This document shows positions 28,304 to 37,048 of a stretch of 64,000 nucleotides of DNA, in pieces (positions within the stretch are counted from its first letter, which is position 1; each line of letters opens with the position of its first letter). The stretch comes from a virus (taxonomy: Duplodnaviria > Caudoviricetes): positions 32,001-96,000 of IMG/VR virus record IMGVR_UViG_3300011724_000025; one strand, written 5' to 3'. The position numbers were made by a program, and so were the translations under genes. Under the pieces are notes generated by a model. The model had not been told where the DNA came from. It saw only the letters and a list, made by a program, of their open reading frames with translations, and ran no database searches.

Positions 28304-29950
28304 TTATGCTGACTTATCTTCCAACAAGTTCATACTATTGTTTCCATCGAATAAATAATACTTAGTATCACTCATGACCTTTGAATACTCCTTCTCACCC
28401 TCAAATTCGTTTACTACAGCTTTTTCTTCTGCCGTCATATCTTTATATTGCTTTTTGCCATAAGAAGGTGGAAGCCAGCCTTTTTTCTGTGATCCGAATA
28501 TGTTGAACTTCTTCAGTAGCTCTGGATTAGTAAATGTAATATGACAGGTTCCTTTCTTATAAAAGGTAATATTAAAATATTTTAAAACGATGTTCTTCGT
28601 CTCTCCGTACTCTTCTGCAAATTTTAAGGTTTCCTCTAAATCAATTGCATCCGTCAAGCCTCCGTCAAGATAGTTAAAACATTTCTCAATGTCTTGTAGT
28701 TTCCCTTTAACCTTATAATCTGTAGGGTAATATCTATTCCAAAAAGAATCATACCCAGCTAATGGTATAATTACTTTTTCATTTATAAACCAACTTTTAT
28801 TGGTCTTCCACCCATTATAATAATGGATATTGCTTGATGTGTCTTTGTCCCAATAATGTTTATGGCTCAATTCATCAAATAAGGATATAATAGTTTCTTC
28901 TACTCCAGAAACTACTTTCTTTTGCATCTCAATTTTTAATTCGTAAATATTATATAAAGAAAAATCATAATCTTTTAAGTTCTCAAGTCTATTATAAAAA
29001 TCCTGTCTTAAGTTCTCGGTAAGCTGTCCGATAAATTTTTCATTATGAAAGAGTGCGTTCCAATATTTTCCACGCACTTCTCTTATGAACCCATTCACAG
29101 ATAATTTATTACTGTATTTATCTTTATTTGTAGATAAATCTAAGCTCAAAATGCAGCCACCCTTCTGAACTGTTTCGCCTGTCTCTTCATCTTTTCCGAA
29201 AGAAGTCATAATCAAAGGATACATGGCATTATATTCCTTGATTAATTTAATTCCCGCTTCTACCTCTAAATTGTATTGACTTACGATAGACTTAAACAAA
29301 TCGTTTTCTACTAGATATGCGCTTTCAGTCTGCCCATATTCCTGCTGTTCTTTTGCTTTTTTGAGCCCATCAAAGATAAATGATTGTCTTTCAACTTCCG
29401 GAAGTTGTACCTTTATTAATGCAATTTCAACATCTGTCTTTCGTTCTGCGTCCGCAAAAGCATTTCTTATATATTCAATGTCTGCATGATATTCTTCTAG
29501 CAGCCTAACAAGCGTTATTCTGTCATTGCTGCACTGATTTCTAAGCGTTTCGGCATTCAGCAAACAAACAATGGCACCGCCGTTTCTCTTCTGCATTTCT
29601 AAAGCCTTTAATAAGTGTTTACAGCCATTAGAAAAAGGAGGATTCATAATAATAAGGTCGTACTCTTTCATTGTGTCGTATGTCAAGAAATCATTGTGAA
29701 CTAGCCGATATCCTTTACCTTTAAGTATGTGTCGCAAATTTTCATCTTGTTCTATGCAATCAATATCAAAAGAAAACTTTGACCAACGATCAGACATGCG
29801 GCCCTCTTTCTCCTTAATTTTTTCTATTATGTCACCCTTCCCGGCCTCTGGCTCTAAAATACTTTTGATCCTGTTAAAGTCCAAAGAAAAGAGCATCTTT
29901 TCAATAAGATGCCCTGGCGTTGGGTAAAAATCTGCATTTGATGTAAACAT
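28304..29950 (-). CDS. N6-adenine DNA methyltransferase with DUF4942-like C-terminal domain
   Basis: FYPTP, LEPEAGKG, MNPPF and C-terminal YF...FYKKGTCHI motifs. Confidence 0.85.
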   Translation of the reverse strand: MFTSNADFYPTPGHLIEKMLFSLDFNRIKSILEPEAGKGDIIEKIKEKEGRMSDRWSKFSFDIDCIEQDENLRHILKGKGYRLVHNDFLTYDTMKEYDLIIMNPPFSNGCKHLLKALEMQKRNGGAIVCLLNAETLRNQCSNDRITLVRLLEEYHADIEYIRNAFADAERKTDVEIALIKVQLPEVERQSFIFDGLKKAKEQQEYGQTESAYLVENDLFKSIVSQYNLEVEAGIKLIKEYNAMYPLIMTSFGKDEETGETVQKGGCILSLDLSTNKDKYSNKLSVNGFIREVRGKYWNALFHNEKFIGQLTENLRQDFYNRLENLKDYDFSLYNIYELKIEMQKKVVSGVEETIISLFDELSHKHYWDKDTSSNIHYYNGWKTNKSWFINEKVIIPLAGYDSFWNRYYPTDYKVKGKLQDIEKCFNYLDGGLTDAIDLEETLKFAEEYGETKNIVLKYFNITFYKKGTCHITFTNPELLKKFNIFGSQKKGWLPPSYGKKQYKDMTAEEKAVVNEFEGEKEYSKVMSDTKYYLFDGNNSMNLLEDKSA

Positions 29951-29962
29951 TGTTTTTCTCTC

Positions 29963-31216
29963 CTATACAATTAGTTTTTCAGTTGGATCATATTTAAAAA
30001 TGAAACCGTCCTTTAAACTGCTATGATATCCTTGTATTTTTGCAAGTTCTCGTTTGACCTCTGCAAATTCCTGTTTTGATAATTCATTTTTTACTTTTAC
30101 AATATAAATAACTTTTTTGTTATCAAACGGGCTTTTATCCTCCATGATATCATACTCAATAATTGGTTTAACCTTTTCTTTAGGCTCTTCTGGTGGAGTT
30201 TCTGTTCTTATATATTCTTCTGCTTCTGGTTTACTCGATAAATCAGAGTTTAATAATTCTATTGGATTTGATTTGAATATAAAGCCATGTTTGAAGCGAG
30301 AATAGTAACCGCCGATTGACTTCATGTACTGATTTACTTTTATATACTCTTCACGGTCTAACTTTTCTACAACTTTTACAACCCATATTTTAGAATTGTC
30401 TCTTGTGTCGGTGTCTTCCGCAATATCGTAAGTACAGTTATTATCAATGCTTTCTATTTCCTTACAAGCTTCTGTTTTTGTCTGACTAGATGCATTATTG
30501 ATTCTTGCCGTTTTTTCCACTACTTTGAAATCACTTGATACTTTACATCCAAAATAATAGAAATCAACGTGAAAATAATCGGTCATAGCGTCGCAATCGT
30601 TGTAATTGTAGCTATTTACTTCTCTATTTACATCCTCTATGACCGCCGATGTTCCATCATTATACACTTTGTAAAAATCAGATTTGTCCCAAGCTTCAAG
30701 AATGGCTGTTTTTAATTCATGGTCAAACCATGAATCTTTATTGAATAAATGGTTTGCTCTAAGTTGCCTATGAATATTGTTAATATCATCTTTTGTCAAC
30801 TCGTCATAATTCTTATATAATCCGTGAGGTGCTTCTTTTAATTCGATATGAATTTCTGAACACATAGAAGCGTGTGAATATCTTATTGAAAATTTATAAG
30901 TCGGATATATTTCTTTTACATAAGTTCTAATTAATGAGGCAACTTCTTTTGTAGAACGGCTCCAATCGTGTTTTGAACCTTTCCAACCATACGCGGTATA
31001 AAATTCGCTTCTAGTGCTGTCTGCTGTTTCTTTAGTGGGTTCCGGTGCTGTTACGTTGTATTTGTACTTCCAGATAGGAAAAAGCTGATCATATTCGCCG
31101 TTAATCGCTTTCATGACTTCTGGATCGCCGCCAGCGTCTGGGTGATTCTTTCTTGCCAATGCCTTAAACTGATTCTTTAAATCCTCAAATGATTTTATAT
31201 CTTTAAAATGCTTCAT
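29963..31216 (-). CDS. J-domain (DnaJ-like) plus LPD29-like polyvalent protein
   Basis: LARKNHPDAGGD J-domain; YPTYKFSIR...YNYNDCDAMTDYF; duplicated C-terminal domain (GYYSRFKHGFIFK / GYHSSLKDGFIFK). Confidence 0.7.
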   Translation of the reverse strand: MKHFKDIKSFEDLKNQFKALARKNHPDAGGDPEVMKAINGEYDQLFPIWKYKYNVTAPEPTKETADSTRSEFYTAYGWKGSKHDWSRSTKEVASLIRTYVKEIYPTYKFSIRYSHASMCSEIHIELKEAPHGLYKNYDELTKDDINNIHRQLRANHLFNKDSWFDHELKTAILEAWDKSDFYKVYNDGTSAVIEDVNREVNSYNYNDCDAMTDYFHVDFYYFGCKVSSDFKVVEKTARINNASSQTKTEACKEIESIDNNCTYDIAEDTDTRDNSKIWVVKVVEKLDREEYIKVNQYMKSIGGYYSRFKHGFIFKSNPIELLNSDLSSKPEAEEYIRTETPPEEPKEKVKPIIEYDIMEDKSPFDNKKVIYIVKVKNELSKQEFAEVKRELAKIQGYHSSLKDGFIFKYDPTEKLIV

Positions 31217-31310
31217 AGTTCCACCTTTTACCTTTCATTATGTAAGTTCATTTATTCCCACTATAAAAGCCACCGGAACGCTGTCCGATGACTTCTGACT
31301 AGAAATAATA

Positions 31311-31529
31311 TTATTTATCCCATACAATAGAATCTATCTCGCACATGTCGTTAGCATAACCCACATATTTATTGCCAGGATAACCAACGCCCTTTCCCTC
31401 AAATATCGGGAAACGTTTAAAATCCGCAGACGCTCCGCATATGAACATATTTCTTTTAGCTAAATACTCAACAAGATTTTTATGATTTTCATTACATGTT
31501 ATAATCTTTGTTCTTAGCTCCTCTCTCAT
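31311..31529 (-). CDS. Hypothetical protein
   Basis: GGAGGT RBS. Confidence 0.6.
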   Translation of the reverse strand: MREELRTKIITCNENHKNLVEYLAKRNMFICGASADFKRFPIFEGKGVGYPGNKYVGYANDMCEIDSIVWDK

Positions 31530-31557
31530 TTCTCAACCTCCAAATAAAAGAATAGTT

Positions 31558-31842
31558 TCAAAGACTTATCATATATTGATCGTCATTCTGTTTTACTGTA
31601 AAGCTAAAGCCTTGAAAATAATCTGCAAGTGATTTATCATCAATAGTCACTTTCCCGTCAAAGCGCAAACAATCAATTAAAAACCCCATGTTCTTATAAG
31701 TATCGTAAGACAATTTTCTTTTTTCTAACTCTGAATCGGAATCTATTTTTTGATAATCATGCAACATATTATTAAATATCTCCGCTGTTTTGTCTGTATG
31801 TTTAAACATTTCTCTCATTTTTATCCACTTTCTACCTCGCAT
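31558..31842 (-). CDS. Hypothetical protein
   Basis: ORF bounded by palindromic sites. Confidence 0.55.
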   Translation of the reverse strand: MRGRKWIKMREMFKHTDKTAEIFNNMLHDYQKIDSDSELEKRKLSYDTYKNMGFLIDCLRFDGKVTIDDKSLADYFQGFSFTVKQNDDQYMISL

Positions 31843-31872
31843 TTAACCAAGGATTTATTTGAAATAAGAATT

Positions 31873-32139
31873 TTATTCAGCCATCGCATTTATATATTCG
31901 CTATCATTCCATGTAAAAATACAATTTTTGTATACATCTTCCATATCAATTTTCATAGAATCGAAATTCACATACCGAATGCATTTTTTAATTCCCACAG
32001 ACTTTATATACTCCATAGTACCGCCCTGAACACTGTATAATTCTTTATTATGAATGTGTCCAAAACAATCGCGTTCCACCTTTAAACTCGCATAGTGTGG
32101 TATTCCATTCAATGTACCAATATTAATTAATTTTTCCAT
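31873..32139 (-). CDS. Hypothetical protein
   Basis: GGGAGG RBS before MEKLIN at 32139. Confidence 0.55.
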   Translation of the reverse strand: MEKLINIGTLNGIPHYASLKVERDCFGHIHNKELYSVQGGTMEYIKSVGIKKCIRYVNFDSMKIDMEDVYKNCIFTWNDSEYINAMAE

Positions 32140-32400
32140 TATAGATCCTCCCTCTATATGCTTACGGACTTGTGACCGCTTGATTTTTGTCAAGTTCATT
32201 AAAGCAGCCATGATAGGCTGCTCCACTCTGCTGATTATTAAGATGCTCTTTGTTGCGTTTGTAACCACTTCTGAAAATTTTTATTTTCTGCCATGTAATT
32301 TTCCATCCATACTACATGCATCTGACCCTCCGTTAATATGGAGTTACCAAACAAATAATAATTCATCTTGCCACCTTACTTTCTAAATCAAATTCGGTTT

Positions 32401-32622
32401 TTATCTGCTTTCTTTAAATGTTCCACAACTGAAGGAATTTAACTTGTTGACTGCATCATCTTCAGTTTCATATATAGAAAGAAAATATACCTTACAATTA
32501 TCGTACAGTGAATACAAAGTTAATGTAAATTCATCCACTTTTTGCGTAGCGCCTTTGTATGGGAAGCCATAACCCTTTTTAATCGTTGCCATATTTTCAT
32601 AATCATCAAAAAATTTTTTCAT
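32401..32622 (-). CDS. Hypothetical protein
   Basis: GGAGG RBS. Confidence 0.6.
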   Translation of the reverse strand: MKKFFDDYENMATIKKGYGFPYKGATQKVDEFTLTLYSLYDNCKVYFLSIYETEDDAVNKLNSFSCGTFKESR

Positions 32623-32650
32623 GTGTCCTACCTCCCATCAAATAATCGTT

Positions 32651-32842
32651 TTATCTTTCTATAAAAACACACAATTTTTTATTTGCTTCCATATATTTTT
32701 TTAAATCTTTCATTGTTCCGCTTCCATTACTAAAAGCGCCCGTAATTCTTTCTGTATCCCATTTTACACAATAACCATCTTCTATTGCTTTTTCGATTGA
32801 TCCAAACTTTTTTATATATTCTTTATAAACTTCAAAAATCAT
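32651..32842 (-). CDS. Hypothetical protein
   Basis: GGAGGGTG RBS. Confidence 0.6.
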   Translation of the reverse strand: MIFEVYKEYIKKFGSIEKAIEDGYCVKWDTERITGAFSNGSGTMKDLKKYMEANKKLCVFIER

Positions 32843-33046
32843 GTCTCACCCTCCGTTATGGGTTTTGTACCCATATCAATGTATCGTTAAAATATATTTT
32901 TCCGTCCGTAGTTTGCGTTGTTTTGTTCAATACTCTTTCAAAATTGCTAGAAAAGGAAATTTTCTTTCCATTGTCAAATAGATAGTAGGTGTTTCTTTTC
33001 ATAACTATCATTATTAATTCCTCCCTATGAAATGGATATTTCCTTG

Positions 33047-33220
33047 TTATCTCTCCCAGTAGTAACCGTTACCATCACTTAATACAATCTGTGCTCCATA
33101 ATCGCTTACCTGAATATCAACAACTTGATTCATGTTGATGGTGTCCGTATTAGTAAGCTTACCGACGAAAAAAGCACTAATTACAAATGCTGCGATGATA
33201 ATCATGTTTTTGGTTTTCAT
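33047..33220 (-). CDS. Small secreted/membrane protein (57 aa)
   Basis: MKTKNMIIIAAFVISAFFVG...DGNGYYWER; not in the ORF track. Confidence 0.55.
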   Translation of the reverse strand: MKTKNMIIIAAFVISAFFVGKLTNTDTINMNQVVDIQVSDYGAQIVLSDGNGYYWER

Positions 33221-33290
33221 TTTATGACCTTCTTTACTTTTTTAATAATAAAAATGGACTCATAACATTTGACCGTTACAAGTCCTATAA

Positions 33291-34010
33291 TCAGCCAGTA
33301 AATTCCCAAGACGGAATAAATTCTTTCACAGCTTTAAAATCTTTTGGATTTAAATCATGATAGCTTCCAGAGCAATCATACTTTCTTTTGACCTCGCCCC
33401 ATAAGTTCTGGAAATACAATTTGTTATACCGTTTGTATTCCTTTGTGCCCTTGCCACCAAGTAAAAGACAAATTCTTTCTTTTGCAAGACTATATAAAGC
33501 ATTTTGTTGTGCCTTGTTAATTGTTGAGTTATCAATCAAGGATTGAACATTGTCTTTTAGATTTTTGATTTCTTGTTTCAAATCAATGATTTCTCCCTGT
33601 ATGCCGAGAGAATCAAAAAATTCCGCTTTCTTCTCTTCTGTTCCCATAAAATAATTATGAAGAACCTCCTGTGCTTCTAGTTGATAGCGGATAAGTTTTG
33701 CCACAACTGCCGGATTTTCTCGCTGCATTGTAGGTGTTAATGGAAGCTTTGCAAGCCACAACGTCACAAGATCCTCTTTAATTACAAGCAATTCCTGTTC
33801 GCCTCCGTTTGTAAGGTGTCTCAAATTTGTGACTCCTTTACTCAATACCAGATCTTCTTGTACATTCATTACTTGACGTCTGGCCTGTGCGTCTGTCAGA
33901 CCAATGTCACGACATGTTTTTCTTACTGCCAGCCATACTTGACCATTTGTATCTTTGACACCTAATAAGGTATCATTGTAAAATTGTATTTCTTTTACTT
34001 CTTGCTTCAC
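33291..34010 (-). CDS. Phage antirepressor (P22 Ant N-terminal-like plus ORF6C-like domain)
   Basis: VWLAVRKTCRDIGL, LVTLWLAK and YQLEA motifs; C-terminal SYHDL..KDF..V..FI..W. Confidence 0.75.
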   Translation of the reverse strand: MKQEVKEIQFYNDTLLGVKDTNGQVWLAVRKTCRDIGLTDAQARRQVMNVQEDLVLSKGVTNLRHLTNGGEQELLVIKEDLVTLWLAKLPLTPTMQRENPAVVAKLIRYQLEAQEVLHNYFMGTEEKKAEFFDSLGIQGEIIDLKQEIKNLKDNVQSLIDNSTINKAQQNALYSLAKERICLLLGGKGTKEYKRYNKLYFQNLWGEVKRKYDCSGSYHDLNPKDFKAVKEFIPSWEFTG

Positions 34011-34696
34011 TGTATATCATTCCCTTCATAAAATTTTATCTTTAACAGATATTCATGCAAACGAAAAGGCAAGTCATTATTTTATACTTGCGCACTACTG
34101 AAACAACTTGCTTTTATACTGTATCACAGACAGGGAAAGCATATCTATTTTGATTTAGTCTACTACTTGCTACCAATCCAGGTTTTACGCTTTTGCCCGA
34201 CTTCCACAAAATCCTTTTGCCATATACTGTGATGGTGTATTTTCGCTTGCATTGTATAACTGATAAAACTGTGTTACTTCTTATATAAAACAAGCCTACT
34301 GGCCTTAATTCAATTTATTGCTTATTTATTTCTATACCGCTTTTTGTCTGCCTCTATAGGTAGTTGCTTCCGTCTTGCCTATAGTCTTATAGCGGTTTAT
34401 ATTGTCCTGCCTAACGTCTTCTGGTTTCTTCCTACTATCCTTTACGGTATAGCGTTTACATATTTCATACGTTGCGGATTTATTCTGTTTTCAATGTCGT
34501 GTAGGCGGATGCCCTACTCGTGCCACTTCAGCCGAGTGTTCCAAAATGGGGACCATCTAAGAATTGTTTTAGATAAGCGATTAACGGCTTATTGCATTGT
34601 TAATCGGTATAGGTGTTACTAGATTGTAATTCTCTGTTTGATTTGGGAAACTCTCTGCCAGAATTGACAGATTGCAAGAAATGTGATAATCTCAAC

Positions 34697-34937
34697 TTGT
34701 GAATGGTGAGCACATTTCTATGTGTTTCCCTTTGGGATCGGCAGGAAGTTGGTAGCTTCCCGCCTTTGGTGATTAACTTATGTATTCCAGGTACTCGGAT
34801 TCAGTGGCAAATAGTTGGTAGCTATTATTTACGAAACCCATGTAACCGGAAGGAACATAGTAGCCTTTGGGCATTTATATCACCTCCCAATATGTAGTTG
34901 GTTAGGGTCTGGCAGTTGGTAGCTGTCAGGCTCTTTT
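34697..34937 (+). ncRNA. Candidate three-hairpin antisense RNA with GTTGGTAGC loops
   Basis: Loops at 34748, 34814 and 34915 each closed by a stem, the last followed by TTTT; imperfect promoter TTGACA(34664) / TGnGATAAT(34685). Confidence 0.55.
34773..34874 (-). CDS. 33-aa peptide
   Basis: GGGAGGTG RBS; MPKGYYVPSGYMGFVNNSYQLFATESEYLEYIS. Confidence 0.7.
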   Translation of the reverse strand: MPKGYYVPSGYMGFVNNSYQLFATESEYLEYIS

Positions 34938-35396
34938 CCGTCCTAAGTGGGGCAAGTATCATCACTTGTATTTGTTTGTGCCTTCTGAAGTTTCTAAGGA
35001 TACTCTTCAGTCCTTACTCGTACCGACACATGGCACGCTTATTTGTTTTCGTTACCCTTTATGGCAACTTAGGAAGTATCTAGGCTTTTTAATATCAGGC
35101 ACCCTATAATAGGATGTGTTCCCTAGTTTTATTCATTATGTTCGCTCCCTACCTGCATTTTCTTGCCGTTCTACGTAGGTTGACGGCCTCTGAAAAGTGT
35201 TACGCCGTTTTCAACGCTCCATTGCGTGTACAATCTGTTTTTAATGGTAGGTGTACAAGCTACCAGTGATAGCACAACTATGAGGCATTGCTATTCATGA
35301 GCCTATGTCCGTTCATAATGGAAACAAGTGATCCACTTGTTGAGAGCCTAGTCAGGAATTGCACCTGATAGAACGCTTGTCGTTTAGGCTTGTATC

Positions 35397-35549
35397 TTAT
35401 GAATAGTAGTTGTCAATATGGGTTTTGACTTCCTCCATAGTGGTGTAGCCTGATTCAACTATCTCATCAAGGATTTGTTCTACGTCCTCGTTATTTCCGC
35501 CAAGTGAGATAATATAAGAAGTAATTTCTTGTTTGAATTCGTTTGTCAT
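35397..35549 (-). CDS. 50-aa acidic protein, first ORF of the leftward transcript
   Basis: AAGGAGGT RBS; MTNEFKQEITSYIISLGG... Confidence 0.6.
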   Translation of the reverse strand: MTNEFKQEITSYIISLGGNNEDVEQILDEIVESGYTTMEEVKTHIDNYYS

Positions 35550-35615
35550 GGTGTGACCTCCTTGTATGTTACTTGTTTGTGTATTTCGTTTGCCTTACCT
35601 TTATCTTATGTACTT

Positions 35616-35722
35616 ATTATACTACGAATAACGTAGTATGTCAATACTTTTTCGTAATATTTTAACGTTATTTGTACTTTTATTTTAGTTATTTGACAGA
35701 AATACTACGAATAGAGTATAAT
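35616..35722. promoter_or_regulatory. Divergent sigma-A promoters with operator repeats (genetic switch)
   Basis: Minus: TTGACA(35644)-17-TATAAT(35621); plus: TTGACA(35693)-18-TATAAT(35717); palindrome ATACTACG-N5-CGTAGTAT 35619-35639 and half-site 35702-35713. Confidence 0.8.
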
Positions 35723-35752
35723 GATTATTATCATTTATGGGAGGTAATGCAG

Positions 35753-35962
35753 ATGTTAAAAAGTAACCTGAAAGTACTACTTGCACAAAACGATATGACA
35801 CAAAGCAAACTGTCAGATTTGACAGGTATAAGACCTGGTACAATAACCAATATAGTGAACAATAATATAAAGCAAATACCAGTTGATGCGGTATGTAAGA
35901 TATGCGAATTGTTAAACTGTGATATTGGAGACATATGGTATTATGTAAAGGACAAAGACTGA
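35753..35962 (+). CDS. XRE/Cro-C1 HTH repressor
   Basis: MTQSKLSDLTGIRPGTITNI..ICELLNCDIGDI; GGGAGG RBS. Confidence 0.85.
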   Translation: MLKSNLKVLLAQNDMTQSKLSDLTGIRPGTITNIVNNNIKQIPVDAVCKICELLNCDIGDIWYYVKDKD

Positions 35963-35965
35963 CTT

Positions 35966-36193
35966 ATGAAGTATGATGGAAATATAGATGATATTATGAA
36001 AGTGATAGAACATATAAAAATAGATCACGACATAAGAAATACGGATATTGCAAAGGGAATGGGTAAAAGTAAACAGACTGTCAGCAATTTATTGAATGGG
36101 CAAACCGGAAACATTACCCTTAATACACTAGTTGCATTGTGTGATGCTGTTGGCTGCGAATTGCATATTGATATTATAAGGAAGAACGAATAA
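35966..36193 (+). CDS. XRE HTH regulator
   Basis: DIAKGMGKSKQTVSNLLN..TLNTL..LCDAVGC. Confidence 0.8.
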   Translation: MKYDGNIDDIMKVIEHIKIDHDIRNTDIAKGMGKSKQTVSNLLNGQTGNITLNTLVALCDAVGCELHIDIIRKNE

Positions 36194-37048
36194 AGTTAGA
36201 CCAGGAAGCAGATCAGAAGGATTGATGTTTTACTGGCTGAAAGGGTAAATGATATGAATGTGTGGTAATGAATCACACTAGTATACTAGTCTATTATCCT
36301 TTGATAAATTAGTCAATATATCCGAACATACTGGCAAAAATTATTGTGTATGCAATTCAAATGAACCCGTGTATATTTCGTTGTAAAACAACAAAACCAG
36401 ATGAGTTTCATATAGTTATAGATACTATATGTCATTGTGTAAGAATATATAAAAGTGAAGAAATAACAGAAGTTCACTTTTTTGCTTGATTTACAAGGCT
36501 TTTATGGGATTCCTGATGGGTGGGGGTAGGTTTACATTTTATGAATGGTTCCTGCATCTTCAAAAGCTCCTATCATATCCATCCACACATAATATTATAA
36601 ATTGAACACCGAATACAAACAATTAACAAAATCACTTCGATAGCACCTTCGGGACAATCACCACTAAACCCAGCAAAATCAGTACTTATAAAGTTTTCAG
36701 ACAATTAAATATCACATCGAAATCCTATAATATCACCTCTAAAACTCCAAAAACCATTGATTTATCAAGCTTTCCCCGAAGTTTCCTCATTTTAGCCAAA
36801 ATCAGCTCCACGTCTCATAAAAATCACTCATCACATATCAGCCATAATCCCAGGATAATCAATGCTTTTCCTCGTTTTCTAACCTAAAATTATCACATCT
36901 ACCGAAGTACGATTTAAAAACATATAAAATTCACACAGGCAAGTTGCTTTTAAATTGATCACAATTACATTCAAAATGGAGAAATATATATCAGCCACAC
37001 ATAATCCATCATAGTACAAACATAATAAGAACAAAGGGAGGATATATA

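Larger units (their letters stand above)
2097..33043. repeat. Dispersed 16-bp imperfect palindromes T(A/G/C)AAA-N6-TTT(T/C)A at gene boundaries (~33 copies)
   Basis: Copies start at 2097, 6819, 7690, 8141, 9806, 10221, 11206, 11925, 19752, 20008, 20334, 20876, 21429, 21982, 22002, 22429, 22627, 23123, 23720, 23964, 24651, 25182, 25901, 26167, 26200, 27398, 27675, 28291, 31545, 31860, 32388, 32638, 33028; constant 6-bp variable spacer. Confidence 0.75.

Noticed and set aside
2097-33043. Palindromic repeats as a CRISPR array, integron attC sites or XerCD dif/pdif sites
   Set aside because: Spacing is gene-sized and irregular with no cas genes; no GTTRRRY cores or long attC hairpins; arms are only 5-6 bp and do not match the 11-6-11 dif consensus
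34344-35083. Plus-strand track ORFs 34344, 34703 and 34898
   Set aside because: No RBS, atypical composition, and they overlap structured RNA features
36322-36336. Possible LexA box CGAACATACTGGC
   Set aside because: Only the left half-site matches
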